Below are positions 58,628 to 64,000 of a stretch of 64,000 bases of DNA, piece after piece. The notes beneath the pieces were generated by a model. It saw nothing but the letters and a program-made list of their open reading frames with translations. It made no database searches and was not told where the DNA came from. The stretch covers positions 87,852 to 151,851 of the forward strand of contig CAWJEO010000020.1 of the NCBI GenBank assembly GCA_963841895.1. The letters run 5' to 3'. Numbering within the stretch: the first letter of the stretch is position 1; the number at the start of each line of letters is the position of its first letter. The DNA comes from an uncultured Acidobacteriota bacterium. Its GTDB lineage: Bacteria; Acidobacteriota; Vicinamibacteria; Vicinamibacterales; UBA2999. A program made the position numbers and the translations under genes.

Positions 58628-59394
58628 TCATGGTCCGTGGCGCGAATCAAGCGAGAAACGAGATGACGAAGGGAGGACGGCCTCCCTTCGTCGAGGCAGG
58701 TCTAGCGACAGATGTATCGTCAGCGGTTCGGTGAGCCGTGTCGTGACCGTGGTCCCGCGCGGCAGCGACACCTCGCGCCCGCGAGTGGCCAGCACGACGC
58801 CGGTCCCGCCGCCGCCGCCGACGGCGGATCCGATTGCGGCGCCCTTCTTACCGCCGGCGATTGCGCCCACGACGGCCCCTGCACCCGCGCCGATGCCGAT
58901 CTTCACCGCATCGGCCTTCTTCGTGCCCGGCGCGACGCGGTTGATCGACGCCGTCTGCACACGGTAACGAGTGCCATCGACGCGCAGCGCGTTGAACCGA
59001 ACGCCAATCCGCGCCCGGCCCTTCACGCGTCCCGACCGCTCGGCCTGCGACACGTATCCGCTCACCGCGGATCCGGCCGGAACGACCGTCGTGCCATCGA
59101 TGACGATCGGCGCGTGCGAGTGTGGCCTGAACCGGCTGCTCGACGTGGCTGCTGCGCGACGACACGCCAGTGCCCATCACCAGCGTCAGTCGGCGTGCCG
59201 GCCGGCAGCGTGATCCGCTGCAGCGCCGCAGTTCCCGGCTCGATCGACCGGTCCGGATCGATGACCGTCGCGGCCGGCATGGGAAGTGTGGCAGCGGCGT
59301 AAGGTTCGGCCGCCGAAGCGACGCCTCCCGGCCCTCCGCCAGATGCTGTTGCCACGACCGCGGCAAGTAGTACGGCTCCGCTCAGGTTGCGCAT
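58628..59394 (-). CDS. Secreted glycine-zipper protein (hypothetical) with two or three frame breaks. The true stop may be at 58702.
   Basis: Signal peptide MRNLSGAVLLAAVVATASG. Core IGIGAGAGAVVGAIAGGKKGAAIGSAVGGGGG. Confidence 0.55.
58666..58691 (-). terminator. Strong hairpin downstream of the glycine-zipper gene.
   Basis: acgaagggagg acgg cctcccttcgt, an 11-bp stem followed on the minus strand by ctcgtttctc. Confidence 0.5.
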
Positions 59395-59660
59395 GGCGCT
59401 CTCCTTTGCTGCCGCCACGATGTGGCGGCCCGATAGCGGTCATCTGTGCAAGCGGCTCGGCCACCGTCAGCTGCGGCAGGCAGAGCGCAAGAAATCCTCA
59501 GGAAATCCAGTGGGTTTGCGGTCGAGCTGACCTCCGATAGTGGGCGCCGGCTCATCCCTGGGCTTGTCACCGAGACGTGTGGGGTTAGCTCGGGCATGCG
59601 AGGAGCGTGGGTTACGATGAGCGTTTGTGGCTCGGAGACTTGGGAGAGAACTGATGCTGC

Positions 59661-61720
59661 GTGCGCTTCACGTCGTTCGGCGTCGTCGTTTGCATTTCAC
59701 TTGGGGGGTGTTCGCGCGAACCCGCGGCCGCGCCAGCGGCGACGACAGCGCCGAAACCGCTCGTCTCGGGCATCGATCGCGCGTCGTTCGATACCGCGAC
59801 ACGGCCACAGGACGACCTGTTCAAGCACGTCAACGGCGGCTGGCTCGCCAAGACCGAAATCCCGGCCGACAAGTCGTCCTGGGGCTCGTTCGACATGCTG
59901 GTCGACAAGTCGCAGACCGACCTGCGCGCGATCGTCGAAGGCGCGGCCAAGGCGGCGAACAAGGCGCCCGGCTCCGACGCGCAGAAGATTGGCGACTTCT
60001 TCGACAGCTTCATGGACGAAGCGCGCGTCGAGCAGGTCGGCCTGACGCCGCTCCAATCCGAGCTGGCGGCCATCGATCGCATGCAGACCAAGACCGACCT
60101 GGCTCGCTACTTCGGGCGGGCGTTCAAGTTGAACTCATCAACCCGCTGGTTGGCTTCGTCGAAGGCGACGCGCAGCAGCCGGATCGCGAAATCCTGTACG
60201 TCGTTCAGGGCGGGCTCGGCCTGCCCGATCGCGACTACTACTTGAAGGACGACCCGAAGCTCAAGGAGTACCGCGAGAAGTACCAGGCGTTCCTCACCGA
60301 GATTCTGACGCTCGCCAAACACGATGCACCGGACGCCACCGCGAAGGAGATCTTCGCGCTCGAAACGCGACTGGCCCGCGCCCATTGGACCAACGTCGAG
60401 AGCCGTGACGCGGTCAAGACCTACAACAAGCGCACGCTGGCCGACCTTCCGAAGGAGTTCCCCGGGTTCGACTGGGCCGGCCTGGACTTCCGAGCTCGGC
60501 ATCGCGCAAGGCGCCCGCCCTCGTCATCTCTCAGCCCAGTTACGTGAAGGCGTTCGCCGCGACCGTGAACGAAGTGCCCGGTCGATCGGTGGAAGCCGTA
60601 TCTGCGCGCGTCGCTGCTGAACGGCTTCGCGCCGTACCTGAGCAAGCCGTTCGTCGACGCCGAATTCGGGTTCTATCGGCAAGACGCTTCGCGGCGTCGC
60701 CGAGAACGAGCCGCGCTGGAAGCGCGCGGTCAACACCATCAACGGCAACCTCGGCGAGATGCTCGGCAAGCTGTACGTCGAGAAGCACTTCACGCCCGCA
60801 GGCGAAGGCGCGGATGGAACAGCTCGTCGAGAACATGCGCGCGCGCGTTCCGCGAAGGCATCAACGGGCTCGAGTGGATGGGCCCGGAGACGAAGAAGCA
60901 GGCGCAGGAGAAGCTCGCCAAGTTCCGGCCGAAGATCGGCTATCCGAGCAAGTGGCGCGACTACTCACGCGTCACGATTGCCCGGGACGATCTCGTCGGC
61001 AACGTCACGCGCGCCTTCATCGCCGAAAGCGAATACCGTCTCGGCCGCGTCGGCAAGCCCGATCGATCCCGAGGAGTGGGGCATGACGCCGCAGACGGTC
61101 AACGCGTACTACAACCCGGTGCGGAACGAGATCGTCTTCCCCGCCGCCATCCTGCAGCCGCCCTTCTTCAACCTCGAGGCGGACGATGCCACGAACTACG
61201 GCGCGATCGGCGGCGTGATCGGCCACGAGATGGGCCATGGCTTCGACGATCAGGGCCGTCGCTTCGACGCCAACGGCGTCCTGCGCGACTGGTGGGCGCC
61301 GAAAGACGCCGAGGAGTACATGAAGCGCGCCAAGCTCCTCGTCGAGCAGTACAACAAGTACGAGCCGCTGCCCGGGCTGCACGTCAACGGCGAGCTGACG
61401 CTCGGCGAGAACATCGGCGATCTCACCGGCGTCGTCATCGCGCACCGCGCCTATCAGTTCGCGCTCAAGGGCCAGCCGGCGCCGGTCGTCGACGGCTTCA
61501 CCGGCGATCAGCGCTTCTTCTTCGGCTGGGCGCAGGCGTGGCGCGGCAAGGCGCGCGACGATGCGATGCGGCAGCAGGTGCTGACCAACCCGCACGCGCC
61601 GGAGCATGTATCGAGGCGAACGGGCCGCTGCGAAACGTGCCGGAGTTCTATTCGAGGTTCGAGGTCAAGGAAGGCGACAAGATGTTCCTTGCCCCGGCGG
61701 AGCGAACAAAGATCTGGTGA
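59661..61720 (+). CDS. M13-family zinc metallopeptidase (PepO/endothelin-converting-enzyme-like) lipoprotein, with six or more frame breaks.
   Basis: Lipobox [39 protein letters not shown] and NVPEFYSRF...ERTKIW. Confidence 0.9.
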
Positions 61721-61737
61721 GTGAGACACTGTCAGGT

Positions 61738-62588
61738 TCAGCGAGTGGCACGCACCGAACGTGTCGCACTGGCGGATGTCGCCGGTCTGCAGGCCGCGGC
61801 GCAGCCACTGCTGCCGCTGCTCGGACGAGCCGTGCGTGAAGCTCTCCGGCACCACGTAGCCCTGCGACTGCTTCTGAAGCCGGTCGTCGCCGATCGCGGC
61901 GGCCGCGCGCAGCCCTTCTTCGACGTCCCCTCATCGAGCCAGTCGCGCCGGGCGGCGTGATTGCCCCAGACGCCGGCGTAGCAGTCGGCCTGCAGTTCCT
62001 GGCGCACGGAGAGCGCGTTGCCCTCGGCTTCGGACGCGCGCGCCCGCATCTGGTTGACGCGGCTCGAAGTCCCGAGCAGCGTCTGGACGTGATGGCCGAT
62101 CTCGTGGGCGATGACGTAGGCCTGAGCGAAGTCGCCTGGCGCGCCGAAGCGTTGATCCAGCTCGCGGAAGAACGAGAGGTCGAGGTAGAGCTTGTGATCG
62201 CCCGGACAGTAGAACGGCCCGACGGCTGACGAGGCGAGGCCGCAGGCCGACCGCACCGACCCTTCGAACAGCACCAGCACCGGCTCCTCGTAGCGTCGAG
62301 CCGTTCTCGCGCGAAGATCTGCCGTCCAGGTGTCTTCGGTGTCGGCCGAGGACCGCCGAGACCATCTGCGCCTGCGGATCGTCGGCCGGCGGCGGCCCGG
62401 CCGGCCGTTCGTCGCCGGCGCGTCTGCGGCATCTGCTGCAGCAGCTCGAGCGGGTTCTGGCCGGTGATGAACGAGATGATGAGGACGAGGATCAGCATCC
62501 CGATGCCACCTCCGCCGATCATCCCGGCGCCGCCGATGCCGCGACGGTCTTCGATATTGGTGCTGCGACGGCCGGATTCCCAGCGCAT
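61738..62588 (-). CDS. YpfJ-family neutral zinc metallopeptidase, with four or more frame breaks and an uncertain 3' end.
   Basis: [17 protein letters not shown], a TM segment, [39 protein letters not shown] and [13 protein letters not shown]. Confidence 0.85.
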
Positions 62589-62656
62589 GAGCTGTCTCCC
62601 CCTCCCAAAGTCGGGAGAGATAGCAAAGTTCATGCACAACGGTTCCGGCGGCCGCG

Positions 62657-62842
62657 TCAGCTGACGAGTCGTGGAGCGGAATCTACGGCATCGCAAACGT
62701 CATACTGACCGGCATCGAGAAGACGCCGGGCCGTCGTCTTGGCCTTCGCGCCCGGGTCGAACCGCAGCCAGATGGGAAATGTGCCGTTATAGGTGATGGT
62801 CTGGTGCCGGGTGACGAGACTGGACGCAGGAGTGCTGAAAAA
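62657..62842 (-). other. Orphan open frame with no start codon. It may be the C-terminal fragment of a degraded gene.
   Basis: My hand translation is [61 protein letters not shown]-stop. It looks protein-like, but it is bounded upstream by TGA and I recognise no family. Confidence 0.25.
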
Positions 62843-64000
62843 TCAGTTTAGGGAGCGACAGATCGTCGATCGCGTAATACGATGTGGGCGCGCGCTGTCA
62901 ACCGCCAGTCCGATGCGATGTTCAGTTAAGTGTCGGCCGAGCTGCTTGTGCCTTGGAGCTCAGCTGCGTGTGATCTGAGCGTTGGTCGATGAAGTGCTGC
63001 GAGAAAGTCGTGCGAGTCGCTGGGCTGATGACCGGGTGGGTCGCTCGTCGATCCCAGAGAGGCGCTGCAGGCCAGCTGTAGGTGTTCAGGATCCGCAGCG
63101 AGCTGCTGTTGTGGACAGTCGATTCAGTGCTGGTGTGGATGGAATGGATGAACGATCTGGGACGGGAGGTGTCACGAAGAACCGAGAAGGTTGCGAATCA
63201 GGACATCGCGCGGAGCTTCTTTGGTCGGGTCGTGGAGCGGGCGGAGGCTCGATGCCCGACGAGCAGACGATCGATGGCTCGCGATCGAAGCTGGGAAACA
63301 GAAGAGTTGCAGCGGAGAAGGCGGGACGACGGCGACGGCAGCAATTGCGGGCAGGAACGAAAGAACGACACGCACGCTCAAGACAGACCGGATGAACGGT
63401 TGATCGCCAGGCGAGCGGCGCCGGACGCGCCTGGCGTATGGTCCTCCTGTTGATCGAGCATCGCCACGGCCTCATTGCCGTCGCATGAAGACGACGGCGT
63501 TGGGACCGCGGAGCGCGAGGCGTCGTGGATGGCCGCCAGTGGACGAGCGCCGGGCCGTCGTCGCACGTCGGGACGACAGGCGTATGACGTGCGCGAATAG
63601 ATGAGCGCGAGTTGGGGACGACCCGCACGTGACGCAGCACGTGCGCGCGGGGCGGCAGCGCCATCGACTGCGCACCACCCGCCATGCGGGCGATGCCATG
63701 AGTCAGCACGCGCGGCCGCGCATCGAGTCGGAGCGGATGGCTGAAAAGGAGCGCCTGGATCCGCAAGGGAAAGCGGGGAGGGTTGTCAGGTCGATTGGCT
63801 GATTCGTGTTCGCGAGGCCGCCTTCAACCTGTTTCGACTGCCCAAGCGCTGCCGCGACGACATGACGAAGCTGACGTGAGTCTGCTCGGTCGCTTCGGCT
63901 CGATCGCACGAGCGCACCGAGCTGCCCGCGTGGTCCGATGGCGACTGCAAGATGTAAAGCGGATAAAGATCGCCTGAGCGCGGTCAGGAAGCTCCTAGGC

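Noticed and set aside
63082-63453. 123-aa ORF (MFRIRSELLLWTVDS...) and the overlapping 226-aa minus-strand ORF 63086-63766 as genes.
   Set aside because: The compositions are low-complexity and charged or Arg/Ser/Pro-rich. The two ORFs overlap each other. I recognise no motifs. The region is reported only as an unexplained region.

Overview
Very GC-rich bacterial chromosomal segment, about two-thirds G+C by eye. Gene content fits Acidobacteriota: CarboxypepD_reg-type TonB-dependent receptors, ADOP/FtsX-permease remnants and many secreted peptidases. I recognise about 55 protein genes. They include housekeeping genes (groES-groEL with a CIRCE operator, nrdR, purC, gatB, pckA, ispH, folK, ftsEX, tatA, rnr, selB). 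They also include an NtrY/NtrX-like two-component pair, an ECF sigma/anti-sigma pair, a Spy/CpxP-led TolC-MFP-RND efflux operon and a tesA-ybbA-ybbP-like operon. A large TPR-sigma54 activator is flanked by a PP2C phosphatase and a PilZ gene. Hydrolases are numerous: amidase, alpha/beta hydrolase, glutaminyl cyclase, MBL, S9, M13 and YpfJ peptidases. I saw no rRNA, tRNA, CRISPR, transposase, integrase or phage genes. Two things are not explained by the gene list. First, almost every gene longer than about 700 nt changes reading frame one or more times, including essential genes, while groEL, ftcD and ftsE are intact. This looks like indel error rather than biology, but its uneven distribution needs checking, and all coordinates of disrupted genes are approximate. 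Second, the intergenic DNA carries a family of 7-9 nt tandem-repeat arrays at nine or more loci, often arranged as long inverted arms, plus GTAG-headed REP/REPIN-like hairpins. These repeats are the most unusual sequence-level signal in the window. Smaller leads are a sigma54-type -24/-12 element with a thrice-repeated motif upstream of the ECF sigma gene, a shared GTGGATAC palindrome and a 40% GC island around the TPR-sigma54 activator, and about 1.4 kb of lower-GC, G-skewed DNA with no convincing ORF at the right end.
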